Source of the DNA: Mobula hypostoma
Lineage: Eukaryota
Length of the DNA: 64,000 nucleotides
Direction of reading: 5' to 3'
Assembly: GCF_963921235.1 (NCBI RefSeq)
Contig: NC_086097.1
Span: forward strand, 218,924,001-218,988,000
Shown here: positions 25,309 to 38,281 of the stretch, one piece after another
How positions within the stretch are numbered: position 1 is the stretch's first letter
How the letters are laid out: each line of letters begins with the position of its first letter
Notes under the pieces: model-generated
What the model was told of the DNA's origin: nothing
Seen by the model: the letters and a program-made list of their open reading frames with translations, nothing else
The model's database searches: none
Made by a program: the position numbers and the translations under genes

Positions 25309-27105
25309 TTCGATTCACTTGGTTAGAGAAAGGAAAATGTATTCTTTCTGGTGGTACCTACTAGTAGTGCCCAGATGGACTGGCGGAATGAGGTTAGGTG
25401 TCAGGTTGGTACCCTGGACAAAATAGCATTCATACATTTACGAACACTCTTCAGTGAAATTACACTTCTTCTCAAATGCAAAATGGCTATAATCAATGGG
25501 ACAAACAATATCTTACATGACTGAGACCATGATGCACTGTAGATTTTCATCTGTGTGTTTATAGCTTTTGGCTTACTTGGCATATGTGACCACATAGTAC
25601 TTTCCTGTGATGATTATGTCTTATTGGCCAGCTGTCACAGCCCTCCCTAACTTTGCAGGTATACTCTCTTCCCACCCCCCATCCAAAAGCCCCAAACCCA
25701 ATCTTAGCGTCCCTCACCAGAGAAACCTCCCTTGAATCCGTTCACCACCATTGGATGCCACACCTTTTTTCCTATCTCTTATCTTCAACAGTAACCCAAC
25801 AGAGTTCTTTTACACAGAGAACAGGAAAGCATAATACAGAAAAAGTATGAATCATGTGAACCAGGGCATTACACACATATGACTGGAGTACCACGTCTAC
25901 TGAACACTCATCTGCCTCACTATGTCAGATTGCTGAACAGATGTCATTCCTAGATGAATCAAAGTTTCCTCCAGGTAAGCACTGAGAGAAACAAAGCCAG
26001 TGTCCTTGGCCCTGCTACAGCTTTTTCCTAGTTATCAATCCCGTTTTCCTTCCAGGCCATTGCCTTGGACAGGAATGGACTGTATACGACCGCAGCATCC
26101 AATTTGAAGTTGAGCTGAGCTTTGTTCTTGCATCCCCTGGACTAATGTGGTTGCCTGAAAATCCAGCTGTAACAGTTGTTGTCTCTGCTCTTGCCTCAGC
26201 TCATTGACTGCTGAGGTCCTTTGCTCCTTTCATTCTCAACCAGCACAATGTGCTCATCTTCCAGCCTTTCCATCTTCTAGTTTTATACTTTAAACCTTAT
26301 CCAAAATGCTGCCATGTATCTTTTATGTAGAAATATTTCTTACTTGGCTATTATTCTGAACCACATTAACTCCAATCCATCAGTCCAATTAAAAAGAAAA
26401 TCCATGTTTTTAGTTCAATGCATGAGTTGCTATTCTTTATTTCTGTAACCTTATTGATTCCTATGAGAATGACACTTTCTAGCAATACTGACCCCAGTGA
26501 GTTCTCCACTACTTTCTCCCGCTAGTCTATAAACTATAATATTTCCCTCTAAGCCTGTTTCTTTTTCTCTCCAGCTTTTAAGAGGTCTCTAATGGGCTGT
26601 TCATAAGTGTATTATCTTCCCTTGGTTTAGTGTCAGTTTTTGTTTGATTCACATTGTTGTGCTGTGCATTAGGACATTTGATCAGTTAAGTAGAAAGTAT
26701 TAATACAAGATGCCATGATGTTGCTGCTCATAAAGTCAGTTCAGCTTTATAATGGTCTGATACTTCGTCATATCTTTAGAAGCTGAATAATCTAGAATAT
26801 TCAATGAAATTTTGAATTGTGATGAAGCTAAATTCTGAAATACAAAGTAAAGATTAACTCGAAGGGATCATTGTGATTTTCTGAGGAGTCTATTTCCAAT
26901 GGAGAATACTTCCTGTAGCGGCCAATTCTAACCAAAACAATTGCTGCTGCCTGTAATCCCACAGATTTGTTATACTTGCGTGACATACCCTCTGTTCCAA
27001 TAATGATTGGTCCAAAGTCGAAGATATGTATTCGATCCTTTTTAGCAATTAGCAAATGTATAAACTTGAAGCGATGAAACTTAAGTGCAGCCAAGTGTAA
27101 ATTAA

Positions 27106-28003
27106 GGCTACATCCACACTAGACTAGATAAATCCATAACTGAAGCTTTTTCTCTTCGTTTTGACCCTCCGTCCACACTGAAACGGCATTTTCCTCCCCC
27201 GAGAATGGAGATTTTCTAAAACGCCCTCCAGAGTGTGAAAATTTGAAAACGCTGATTGTGCAAAGCAGTGTGGATGGGGAAACGGATATTTTTAAAAACA
27301 CTGTCATGACGTGCCGGAACAAATGGCGGCAACGCGGCATTTCATTGTTTTCTTGAACGCAACCCCCCACACAACCTAACAGAACAGATGGCAACGAGAC
27401 TGAAGCCAGAAGAGTTAGAAATGTACTCACCAAATACTTTGACCCATAGTTACTGAATAAATAAGTATACTCACTTTGCCCTGTTTTCTGTCCTTGCTTG
27501 TATGAAGGTGGTTTACCTATTTATGCAAGTACTTCTCTGACAATAGATGTGTAACAGCCTAATGTAACATTGTATGGAAATACAAGATAACACTGATGCA
27601 GTCATGTTTTATACATTTAACAAGGTGCTTTATTAATGCAACAGAGTTAGTCAGTTTTTCAATGTTCGTCATCAGCTGGGTCATACTGTCCATGAACTCC
27701 CTGTCAGTTGCCTCCATATGCTCCAGTGTTTGTTTTTTTTTAGTTTTAAGTTCTCCTGCGCGAGAGCCAACAGCAATTCCTTTTAAGTTTTTCTAGTCTG
27801 TAACTGGACAAACGCGCACCAAGTATACCGTTTCCTCTTCGCTTGTTTTCTGTGTGTCCTGCGCATGCCCAGTAGGAGGAGATTCACTCAAATATCCGTC
27901 TAATATGGACAGAGATATTTTTAAAAATGCCTGGTGTGGACGCCTATCATTTTTACGCAAAACTGGCGTTTTTAAAATTATCCGGTCTAGTGTGGACGTA
28001 GCT
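27106..28003. mobile_element. Non-autonomous PIF/Harbinger DNA transposon
   Basis: Left TIR GGCTACATCCACACTAGACTAGATAA; right TIR (reverse complement) AGCTACGTCCACACTAGACCGGATAA. TAA target duplication at 27103-27105 and 28004-28006. Repeated subterminal AAAACG and TCCACAC motifs. Confidence 0.82.
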
Positions 28004-28324
28004 TAAGTGTAATTGAGCGGTCAGCAAAAGATATCCGTAGGTCCCCAGCTCCAAACTGAAACTGCCTTGAATGAAGCATGAATACAGAACTTATTCCCTT
28101 CACTTTTACCACAGCCCTCACTCGTATGACTAGTTATGCGCAACACAGAATACACTGTAGATAGAGAACAGATGTATGGCTCCTACACGTCACAGTTAGA
28201 GTATAACATTGTGAGTGGATAAATACAATTCAAATTGCTGTTGATATTATCATCATAACTATAATGGTTACAATTTACTTAAATGTAATGGCTACAAATT
28301 ACACGTAGTGGGTTAACTTCACAG

Positions 28325-28424
28325 ACAAGCAACTCACACAAAATGCTGGAGGAACTCAGCAGGTCAGGCGGCATCTATGGAAAAAGGTACAGTCGATGTT
28401 TCGGGCTGAGATCTTCATCAGGAC
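28325..28424 (-). mobile_element. Penelope-like terminal unit insertion
   Basis: caagcaactcacacaaaatgctggaggaactcagcagg...cttcatcaggac. Confidence 0.78.
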
Positions 28425-29819
28425 GGGGGATACTAGACCACAGATCTAGTTTTGAGTCTAGGTAGATAGTACTAATGATCTTATTGAAGGCTTAATTTAC
28501 TGGTTTATTTTAAAATAGATGAATGGAACGTGTCAAGGATTTCAGGTAAATCATCATTGTAGTGTAATTATATGTTGTGTAATTTTCATCAATTTATGCT
28601 GTGCATGTGCTTTATTTTCTATCTAATATGATTGTTTGTTATAGAACAACTTCCCCTTGCCAATTTGCCACGTTGTTAGATCTGTCCTTAGGCTCTATGG
28701 ATTTAATAATTAAATTATATCGATGGTTCAGCTCAGGATATGATAATAACTTCACATTGTGCGAAGGATTGCTTGTGTGAGTGTTACCCTGTATATAAAT
28801 TATTGCTTTGTGAGAAAGTTCTCTTTGATTATTGATTGCTATTTTTATGTTCATTGTGCCCAATGGTATTCCAATAATCTCCATCAGCAGGAGCTGTGAC
28901 CAGCGAAAGAAATAAGTTTGAACTTTAATTGTTTATAAATTACAACAAGATCTTTAGTAGCAACAGTCTCTGCAAAGTACTGTTAAAACTTGCACTTTTA
29001 GTGGCTATTTTTACAACCTTCAAAAGATTCCCTTGTTTTTTGGGAATAATCAGACAGCAACTAACTGAGCAACTAACCATTGCAGCTGAAGGATATGAAA
29101 TATCTAGTTTGTAAACAAGATTCATAAAGCCATTTTGCTACTTGCCTCTTACTTGCCAGAAAAATCCTGGACAATACTAATGTTCCAGGACATTTATGAC
29201 CCTTAATTCAGGTTGGATGAGGTCAAATTGGAACTGAAGGGGCTAATTTTCAAGGTTGGAGATGGGGTTAAGTGTATTGTTTAGGTGGTTAGGTGACTAT
29301 CACTCACATGTTAAGCCATGTGACTGGGATCAGGCATAGAATGACTAATCTCCATATCAGCGTGGCAGGTGGTGGTGCTGATTTTGCTGCTGGAGTCTCA
29401 TAGCTCCAGTTGTCCAGGTTCAATTCTGAGCTCGGGTACTCTCTAAATAAAAATTTCATGTTCTTCACTATAACTGTGTTGGTCGTCTCATGGTGCTGCA
29501 GTTCCCTCTCTGGTGTGAGGTAGATCCTGAGGGGGAGATTAAAATGGAATTGATGGTCAGTATAGAACTGGAGGCCTGCTTCTGTCCTCTAAGGAAGTAT
29601 AGCTTGGTGAAGTAATGTGAAAGTGGGAGTTTGGAGATGGCTTCAGTAGCTGAGAGATAGGCAGGTGCTGCAGATGATTTAACAATCTAAGGGATCATGG
29701 AAGAATGATGTGGGGATTGTTATTTAAGTGCAACCCTTCAGAGAATTTGAATTTGAGATTTGTTTATTCAGCCTCAGAGAGGAAGGGAATGAGCACAACC
29801 CACAAAGTTGTTGATAAAA

Positions 29820-29980
29820 ACCAGAGAAAATCTACTGGTGCTGGAAATCCAAGCAACACGCACGCAATGCTAGAGGAACTCAGCAGGCCAGGCGGCTTTG
29901 GAAAAGAGTACAGTCAACGTTTTGGGCTGAGACCCTTCATCAGGACTGGAGAAAAAAAGATGAGGAGTCAGAGTTGTCAG
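29820..29980 (-). mobile_element. Penelope-like terminal unit insertion
   Basis: Unit homology plus 14-bp TSD agttgttgataaaa at 29806-29819 and 29981-29994. Confidence 0.8.
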
Positions 29981-30469
29981 AGTTGTTGATAAAATCCACA
30001 GGATCACTCAGCAAGAAACTATAATGGCTAATGTAGGAGTAAAGGAATAATATATTTTTGTAGAATCACATTCTTTTCAGAGGTTGTTTTTAAGACAGAG
30101 TGTAGAATTGAGTAAAAAAAAAATTCTTGTGTCAAGAAGGCTAAAGTAACATTTTCTTTTATATTTTGGAAAGCCCTGAAAAATGGGAAAGCAGAGAGAG
30201 TTAGAATTCTATGCACATACATGCAGATAATTTTTAAATATGAGTTTACAAAAATTTCCTAGCATGATGGTCTTTAATATAAGAAAAGAAACAAAGGATG
30301 GTTATGGGAAAGTTTTCCTAAAGCCCAATTTGAAGAATGCATTCACTCCTCATTTCTCACTGCTCTACACTTGGCAACAGAGGGGACAGAAGACCAACAT
30401 AAGTTAAATTATCTTCAGTTGTGTAGACCAGTCTTTCTCTCACTATTATTTTTATCATATTCAAGAATT

Positions 30470-30990
30470 CAGTCATTTAGATGAGGTGCTTCAATTGAAA
30501 AGAGAGACTGGATAGTTTGTTTTCGTGGAGCAGAGAATGCTGAGGGTAACTGGAGAGAGGTCTTTAAAATTGAGGAGTATAGACGGGGTAGATAGCAACA
30601 TCTTTTTCCATAGTAGGAGTGTTTAGTCAAGAAGGGAATAGATTTAAGGTGACAGATGAAAAGTTTAGAGAGGATCTGAAGAGGTGATGGAGGCTGGTGC
30701 ACCCAACATGTACGAAGCATTTACTTGTCAAGGCATAGAAGGTTGTAGACCTAATCTGGGTAAATAGAATTCATCCTGATAAGTGCAAGATGGGATGTAG
30801 GCATGGTGGACAGAAGGCCATGTTTCCGTACAATCTGACTGTAACAATCCAGAGAAGACCAACCGAGGGCTGATCTAATTAAGATGTTTGAAAAGTTTTA
30901 AATAATTTGAGGTGATAGAAAAATTTGATGTGATAGACAGAAAACATTTCCTCCAGTGGGAAGTCCAGAACCAGGGGATTCATCTTTAAC
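30470..30990 (+). mobile_element. Old CR1 3' fragments
   Basis: Degenerate matches to the LGLFSLEQRRLRGDL and SRTRG coding regions. Confidence 0.45.
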
Positions 30991-31744
30991 TCTTGTTGGT
31001 CCTATTCTTTCTGAGTATTTTGACCAATATCCCTTTAAGAGTGTTTCACCAGGTAGTTTACACTGTTAAGGCAAACAAAAGGCATAGAGTCATAGAGTCT
31101 TAGAGAAGTACAGCACAGAAACAGGCTTTTCGGCCCATCTAGTCCATGCTTAAACCATTTAACCCACCTACTCTCTTTGACCTGCACTGAGACCATAGCC
31201 TTCCATATCCCTACTATCAATGAACCTGTCCAAACCTCTCTTAAACATTGAAATTGAGCTCACATGTACCACTTGTGCTGGCAGCTCATTCCATGCTCTC
31301 ATGACCCTCTGAATGACAAAGTTTCCCTTCATGCTCTCCTTAAACTTCTCATCTTTCACCCTTAAGCCATGACTTCTGACTGTAGTCCCACCCAACCTCA
31401 GTGGAAGAAGCCTACTTACATTTACCTTATCTATACCCCTCATAATTTTGTATATCTCTATCAAATTTCCTCTCAATCTTCTACATTCTAAAGAATTTTA
31501 AGAACTCTGACCTATTCAATCTTTCCTTATAACTCAGGTCCTCCAGAATTGGCAACATCCTTGTAAACTTTCTCTGCACTCTTTCAACCTTGTTTGTATC
31601 TTTCCTGTAGGTAGGTAACCAAATACTCGATACCCCAAATTAGGCCTCACTAATGTCTTATATAACTTCAACATAACATCTCGTCTTCTGTACTCAATAC
31701 ATTGATTTATGAAGGCCATTGTGCCAAAAGCTTTCTTTATGACC

Positions 31745-33488
31745 AGTTGAGTAACTACTTTGGTTCTGTCTTCACTAAGGAGGAAATAAATAATCTTCCG
31801 GAAATAGTAGGGGACTGAGGGTCCAGTGAGATGGAGGAACTGAGGGAAATACATGTTAGTAGGGAAGTGGTGTTAGGTAAATTGAAGGGATTAAAGGCAG
31901 ATAAATCCCCAGGGCCAGATGGTCTGCATCCCAGAGTGCTTAAGGAAGTAGCCCAAGAAATAGTGGATGCATTAGTGACAATTTTTCAAAACTCTTTAGA
32001 TTCTGGACTAGTTCCTGAGGATTGGAGGGTGGTTAATGTAACCCTGCTTTTTAAAAAAGGAAGGAGAGAGAAACCAGGGAATTATAGACTGGTTAGCCTA
32101 ACATCAGTGGTGGGGAAAATGCTAGAGTCAGTTATCAAATATGTGATAACAGCACATTTGGAAAGCAGTGAAATCATCGGACAAAGTCAGCATGGATTTG
32201 TGAAAGGAAAATCATGTCTGATGAATCTCATAGAATTTTTTGAGGATGTAACTAGTAGAGTGGATAGGGGAGAACCCGTGGATGTGGTATATTTGGATTT
32301 TCAAGAGGCTTTTGACAAGGTCCCACACAGGAGATTAGTGTGCAAACTTAAAGCACATGGTATTGGGGGTATAGTATTGATGTGGATAGAGAATTGGTTG
32401 GCAGACAGGAAGCAAAGAGTGGGAATAAACAGGACCTTTTCAGAATGGCAAGCAGTGACTAGTGGGGTACCGCAAGGCTCAGTTTTGGGACCCCAGTTGT
32501 TTACAATATATGTTAGTGACTTAAACAAGGGAATTAAATGCAGCAACTCCAAGTTTGCAGATGACACGAAGCTGGGTGGCAGTATTAGCTGTGAGGAGGA
32601 TGCTAAGAGGATGCAGGGTGACTTGGATAGGTTAAGTGAGTGGGCAAATTCATGGCAGATGCAATTTAATGTGGATAAATGTGAGGTTATCCACCTTGGT
32701 GGGAAAAACAGGAAAACAGATTATTATCTGAATGGTGGCCGATTAGGAAAAGGGGAGGTGCAACGAGACCTGGGTGTCATTATATACCAGTCATTGAAAG
32801 TGGGCATGTAGGTACAGCAGGCGGTGAAAAAGGCGAATGGTATGCTGGCATTCATAGCAAGAGGATTCGAGTACAAGAGCAGGGAGGTACTACTGCAGTT
32901 GTACAAGGCCTTGGTGAGACCACACCTGGAGTACTGTGTGCAGTTTTGGTCCCCTAATCTGAGGAAAGACATTCTTGCCATAGAGGGAGTACAAAAAAGG
33001 TTCACCAGATTGATTCCTGGGATGGCAGGACTTTCATATGATGAAAGACTGGATCGACTAGGCTTATACTCGCTGGAATTTAGAAGATTGAGGGGGAATC
33101 ATATTGAAACGTATAAAATCCTAAAGGGATTGGACAGGCTACATGCAGGAAGGTTGTTCCCAATGTTGGGGAAGTCCAGAACAAGGGGTCACATTTTAAG
33201 GATAAAGGGGAAGCCTTTTAGGACCAAGATGAGGAAAAACTTCTTCACACAGAGAGTGGTGAATCTGTGGAATTCTCTGCCACAGGAAACAGTTGAGGCT
33301 AGTTCACTGGCTATATTTAAGAGGGAGTTAGATATGGCCCTTGTGGCTGAAGGGATCAGGGGTTATGGAGAGAATGCAGGTACAGGGTTCTGAGTTGGAT
33401 GATCAGCCATGATCATACCGAATAGTGGTGCAGGCTTGAACGGCTGAATGGCCTACCCCTGCACCTATTTTCCATGTTTCCATGTTTC
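31745..33488 (+). mobile_element. Young CR1-clade LINE with near-intact RT (326-aa and 189-aa ORFs in one frame, separated by one TAG)
   Basis: KSPGPDGLHPRVLKE, QHGFVKGKSC, GVPQGSVLGP, KFADDTKL. TSD tatgacc at 31738-31744 and 33489-33495. Confidence 0.95.
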
Positions 33489-34047
33489 TATGACCCTATC
33501 TACCTGTGACACCACTTTCAATGAATTATGGACCTGTATTCCCAGATCCCTTTGTTCAACCACACTCCACAGAGCCCTACCATTCACTGTATAAGACCTA
33601 CACTGGTTGCACCTACCAAAGTGCAAAACCTTGCATTTGGCTGCATTGAATTACATCCATCTGCCAGTTTTTTAGCCCATTGTTCCAGCACAGCTGATGA
33701 AAATCCCTCTGAAAGCCATGATAGCCCACCTCGCTGTCCACTATACCCTCAATCTTGCTGTTATGCACCAATTTGCTGATCCAGTTAACCACTTTATCAT
33801 CCAGATGATTGATATAGATGACAAACAACAATGGACCCAGCACCAAATCCTGCAGCACCACACTAGTCACAGGCCTACAGTCAGAAAGGCAACCGTCTGT
33901 CACACCCTCTGGCGTCTCCCACAAAGCCAGTGTCTAATCCAGTTTACTACCTCATCCTGAAGCAACTGAACCTTCTTGACCAGCCTCCTTTGGGGACCTT
34001 GTCAAATGCCTTGACTTCCATGTCCACAACAAACACTGTTTTGCCTT

Positions 34048-34271
34048 TGCAAACAACAGGAATTCTGCAGATGCTGGAAATTCAAGCAACACGCATCAAA
34101 GTTGCTGGTGAACGCAGCAGGCCAGGCAGCATTTCTAGGAAGAGGTACAGTCGACGTTTCAGGCCGAGACCCTTCGTCCTGACGAAGGGTCTTGGCCTGA
34201 AACGTCGATTGTACCTCTTCCTAGAGATGCTGCCTGGCCTGCTGCGTTCACCAGCAACTTTGATGTGTGTT
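34048..34271. mobile_element. Foldback Penelope-like terminal insertion with 13-bp TSD
   Basis: 91-bp inverted arms at 34088-34178 and 34181-34271. TSD actgttttgcctt at 34035-34047 and 34272-34284. Confidence 0.88.
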
Positions 34272-34399
34272 ACTGTTTTGCCTTCATCCACTTTCCTGGT
34301 AACTTTCTCAAAAAACTCTACAAAAACTTTATATATGATGGATCCCAATGCAAATGAGTTTTATTCAAACACCCATACAGAACTAAACACATCATACTG

Positions 34400-34782
34400 G
34401 ACCATGAGACATAGGAGCAGAATTAGGCTATTTGGCCCATTGAGTCTGCTCTGCTGATCCTTTTTTACCCTCCTCAGCCCCCTCCCTGGCCTTCTCTTGG
34501 TAACCTTTGATGCCATGTCCAATCAAGAACCTATCAAGCTCTACTTTAAATACACCCAATGACCTGGCTTCCACAGATGCCTATGGTAATAAATTTCACA
34601 AAATCACCACCCTTTGGCTAAATAAATTTCTCTTCATCTCTGTTTTAAATGGATGCCCCTCTATCCCGAGGCTGTGCCCTCTTGTTCTAGACTCCTCCAT
34701 CTTGGGAAACATCCTTTCCACATCTACTCTGTCTAAGCCTTTCAACATTCAAAAGATTTCAATGAAATCTCCCCTCATTCTT
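34400..34782 (-). mobile_element. CR1 LINE 3' end
   Basis: 3' UTR cataggagcagaattaggctatttggccc, with a decayed C-terminal coding region. Confidence 0.7.
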
Positions 34783-34867
34783 AGTTTAATCTTTTGTTCA
34801 AATCCACAAATTATCCATTACACTTACAGTAGGTGCTCACAGCTGTTTTCACTCTTCTCCTGCAGTC

Positions 34868-36273
34868 TCTCTCTCTCTGTCTTGTTTCACGGCGGTTGGC
34901 ACCCAGCTTAATGGTGCATTACCGCCACCTTCTGCTCCGGAGTGTGCAATAGACTTACATTCCAAATTCCTTCACCCAATCACACACCTACACATACCCT
35001 AACCCGCACTTTATCCTCCTGTCTTTGGCCATCCTAGTACTCTATTCCTGTTTATCCATCATATCCTATAAAAAACCCCTGTAGCCCTTAAGAAAGCTAA
35101 AAATACCCTAACCTGTGCTCTCTCATCCATGCCCAGCAACCCTTTTAATGTGAATTCCTGCGCCCCCAATTCCCTTAGTTTAATTACCATCATCTGTCTC
35201 TGTTTCCCATACTTCCTGCAACTCAGAACTACATGTTCTACTGACTTGTCTTCCTGACATTCCTCACACAATCCTGTCTGGTGTTTCCCTATCATTTTCA
35301 ATATTTTGTTTAATGCACAGTGCCCCAACCTTAACCTAGTCCACACAGTTTCCTCTCTTCTGTATCCACTACCTACCCTAGTACCGGCAACACTTCTTTG
35401 TATTTGATATAAATGCTTCCCTTTCCCCTCCCTGTCCCATCTTTCTAGCCACATTTAGTTGATTTTTTCCCAGATTATGCACTTAACCTCTGCTTTACTG
35501 ATACTAATGTGCATTTCTATATTTTCTTTCTTTAATGCCCTCATCCACCCTCTCATTCCCCTTCACCCCTCCATGTGCTGGAACCCATAGAAGTTTTACC
35601 TGACTTTCCTCATTTGCAATTCTTGTGACTAACTGAAGGACTTCATAAAGTACATCTTGCCGACTGTTTGAGTGAAAAGACCTTAAACTTACTGGAACTG
35701 AGGATGAATCTGAGCATATCAACGCTTTGACTTTTCTAGCTTTCTCCACCCATTGCAATGCAACCAACACTGCCAGCATCTCCACTGTATACACCCCTAA
35801 CTTGTTAGATGTTCTTCTGCTGATTCCAATTTCTTTTGCTGGTATAGCCACCCCAAACCCTGTCACTCCTGTTTCAGGTTCCTTAGCACCATCCGTATAA
35901 ATCTGAGTATAATCACTATACTTTTCCATCACATGACAGTTAAATGCACTTACCAAATCAGTTTTATATTTTCCTTTCCTTTTTACCTCTAACAAATGCC
36001 AGTCTATGTCAGGCCATACAAGCTTCCATGGAGATACAACTACTGAAGGACTTATCCTTAGATCAAACACTCCACATTCTTTAGCGATATCATTCCCTAT
36101 CTGACTAAAGTTATCCCTTCGAAACCTCCCATTTTCCCAGGACTCCTGCAACACTCCTGTAGCAGGGTGAGAATCACTGTGCCTCTGCAAATTAGCCCAG
36201 TATTTCGCCATCAATTACATCCTTCTTAGTTCGAAAGGCATTACTCCCATTTCTACCTGTAGGGCTGACACTA
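34868..36273 (-). mobile_element. Nimb/I-group non-LTR retrotransposon 3' half (RNase H and CCHC finger)
   Basis: IYTDGAK...EMLAVLVALQW...ICSDSSS...WVPAHGGVKGNERVD and RLRLGH...CEEC...EHVVLSC. (AG)n tail. Near-TSD cttctcctg(c/g)agtc at 34854-34867 and 36274-36287. Confidence 0.85.
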
Positions 36274-36394
36274 CTTCTCCTGGAGTCAAGGGTTCTTGGC
36301 TCTTCATAAAGATTGGTCTCTTGCTTCAGTGCCATCTTCATTCACTTGGTTGGAGCTCTTACCTTTGCTGGCTGCTTCATTTTTGAAATTTTAT

Positions 36395-36665
36395 TTCGAG
36401 ATACTGCACTGAACAGGCCATTCCAGCTCTTCATACCATGGCACCCAGCAACCTGCCCATTTAACCCTAGCCTAATAATGGGACAATCTACAAGGACTAA
36501 TTATTCTACTGACCGTATGTCTTTGGACAGTAGGAGGAAGCCAGAGCACCTGCCTGGAGGAAACCCATGCACAAATGGGAATGAACATACAAATTTGCTT
36601 TCAGAGTATGCCCAGTATTGAACTCTGAACTCGGATGCCCTGAGCTTCTATGCCAAGGTGGTGAC
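36395..36665 (-). mobile_element. V-SINE-like element
   Basis: Reverse complement of the V-core-like motif ggaggaagccagagcacctg...aaacccatgca, with a box-B-like gagttcagagttcaat. Confidence 0.5.
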
Positions 36666-36997
36666 CTTACTGGCTTTGCTGGCTGCTGTCAAGGCTCTGC
36701 ATTCTTGCTCACAAGGCAGAGAGTTATCACTGCTCTGCCTCGCTGTTGAGGATTATTATACCCCTTTCTTGGTCTTCCATTAACTTGACCAAACGAATCA
36801 GAAGGTTGGAGGGCCACAGCTATTTTTAAGTCTGTTTCTCTGCGCTTCTCTTTTTGTGGACCTGGACCAATGCTGAATATTGAGTCAACAATCAATGAGT
36901 CTGCATGTGGTCAGAAAAAATATTCCCTCTCAGGTGCCCTCAAAGGAATTTAAACTGTACACAAAAGGTTGTCACCCTCTACCTCGTTGGCACATTA

Positions 36998-37392
36998 ATT
37001 AGATTAGATTAGATTCAATTTTATTGTCATTGTGCCGAGTACAGATACGAAGCCAATGAAATGCAGTTAGCATCTGACCAGAAATGCAAAGAATAGTGTT
37101 ATTTACAAAATAACTGCGAATAAAAAGTAAGTGCTACAGCACACAAATATAAAAGTACTGAGACAGTACAATATGGATGCAATACTATCTAGCGCTGTGA
37201 TGTGAGGTTCAGCAGGGTCACAGCCTCAGGGAAGAAGCTCTTCCTGTGCCTGCTGGTACGGGAGCAGAGGCTCCTGTAGCACCTACCGGATGGGAGAAGA
37301 GTAAAAAGTCCATAGTTAGGGTGAGATGCATCCTTGATAATGCTTTTCGCCCTGCCCAGGCAGCGTTAATGGTAGATGTTCTCAATGGTGGG
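36998..37392 (-). mobile_element. Rex1-type LINE 3' end with (TCTAA)n tail
   Basis: ttagattagattagattcaattttattgtc and gaagaagctcttcctgtgcctgctggt (minus strand AGTSRHRKSFFPEAV). Confidence 0.7.
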
Positions 37393-38281
37393 CAAGTGGG
37401 TGCCAACAAGCCACTAAGTATAACGCTAAAGTGAAATGTTAAGTACAGTATTTCAGGAATATACACAATTACATTTCCTTTTCCAGTTTTTGATGTGGAC
37501 GGTGTTGACAATGTGGAGTTTGTGATGATATCTACAGATTTTAGAACTGGCTTATTTATGCTGTTTTTTTAAGATAAATTACTGATTCACTATATCAAAT
37601 TCCAAAGAAACAAGGGGCATGAAGCAAAAATTAACTTCTAGATCATTTAAAGCGTAATGGCTTAATGAAACAGAAGAAACTACTACACCGAAAGCTCATG
37701 AGGTCAGGCATGTGCAGCTGTGAGAAATATTTATGTACAATACAGAAACTGGTGTTACCTACGTGTATTGTGATTCAGAAGTTGCTGGAGAATTTGCAAG
37801 TGGGAAGAAATGGAGTGATATTTGGAAACTTGACTTTTTAAAGCGTTATTTAGCAAGCAAATCACATACGGATGGTGTGCAAAAGCTCTGGTAAGAAATT
37901 CCTTCATTACCAGCTACAGGTCTGCTAGGTATGTTTTGTGAGAGTGCAGATGAACGAGAGCGAAAAAGATCAAAACCAGAGGAGATCAAAGTTCTTATTT
38001 TCAGTGTTTTGCTAGAAGTTAAAATGAATACCTCTATATATAAAATTCAGTGCACACATGTTGTTATCATTGGGCAAAAGATTGTTCAGCACAAGATTTT
38101 TGCGCACTCTGGTCATTACAAATTAGAGAGAATATTGGTCAGAAATTCCTGTTCTGGGCAGAGTATCAGCCAAGGTCTGGCCTGGCTAGTTTTGTAGATA
38201 TGGATCTTCCATTAGTCCAGTCACAGCTTGGCCAAATTTTCCATGTTTCTCTGCTTCCTCAATTGAGGAGCTGGTTATGCA

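Larger units (their letters stand above)
31080..34330 (-). mobile_element. CR1-clade LINE (host), interrupted by a younger CR1 (31745-33488) and a Penelope foldback (34048-34271)
   Basis: LIEIYKIMRGIDKV...RAWNELP, LYKTLVRPNL, and VTSVVLQDLVLGPLLFVIYINHLD continue across both insertions. Confidence 0.85.
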
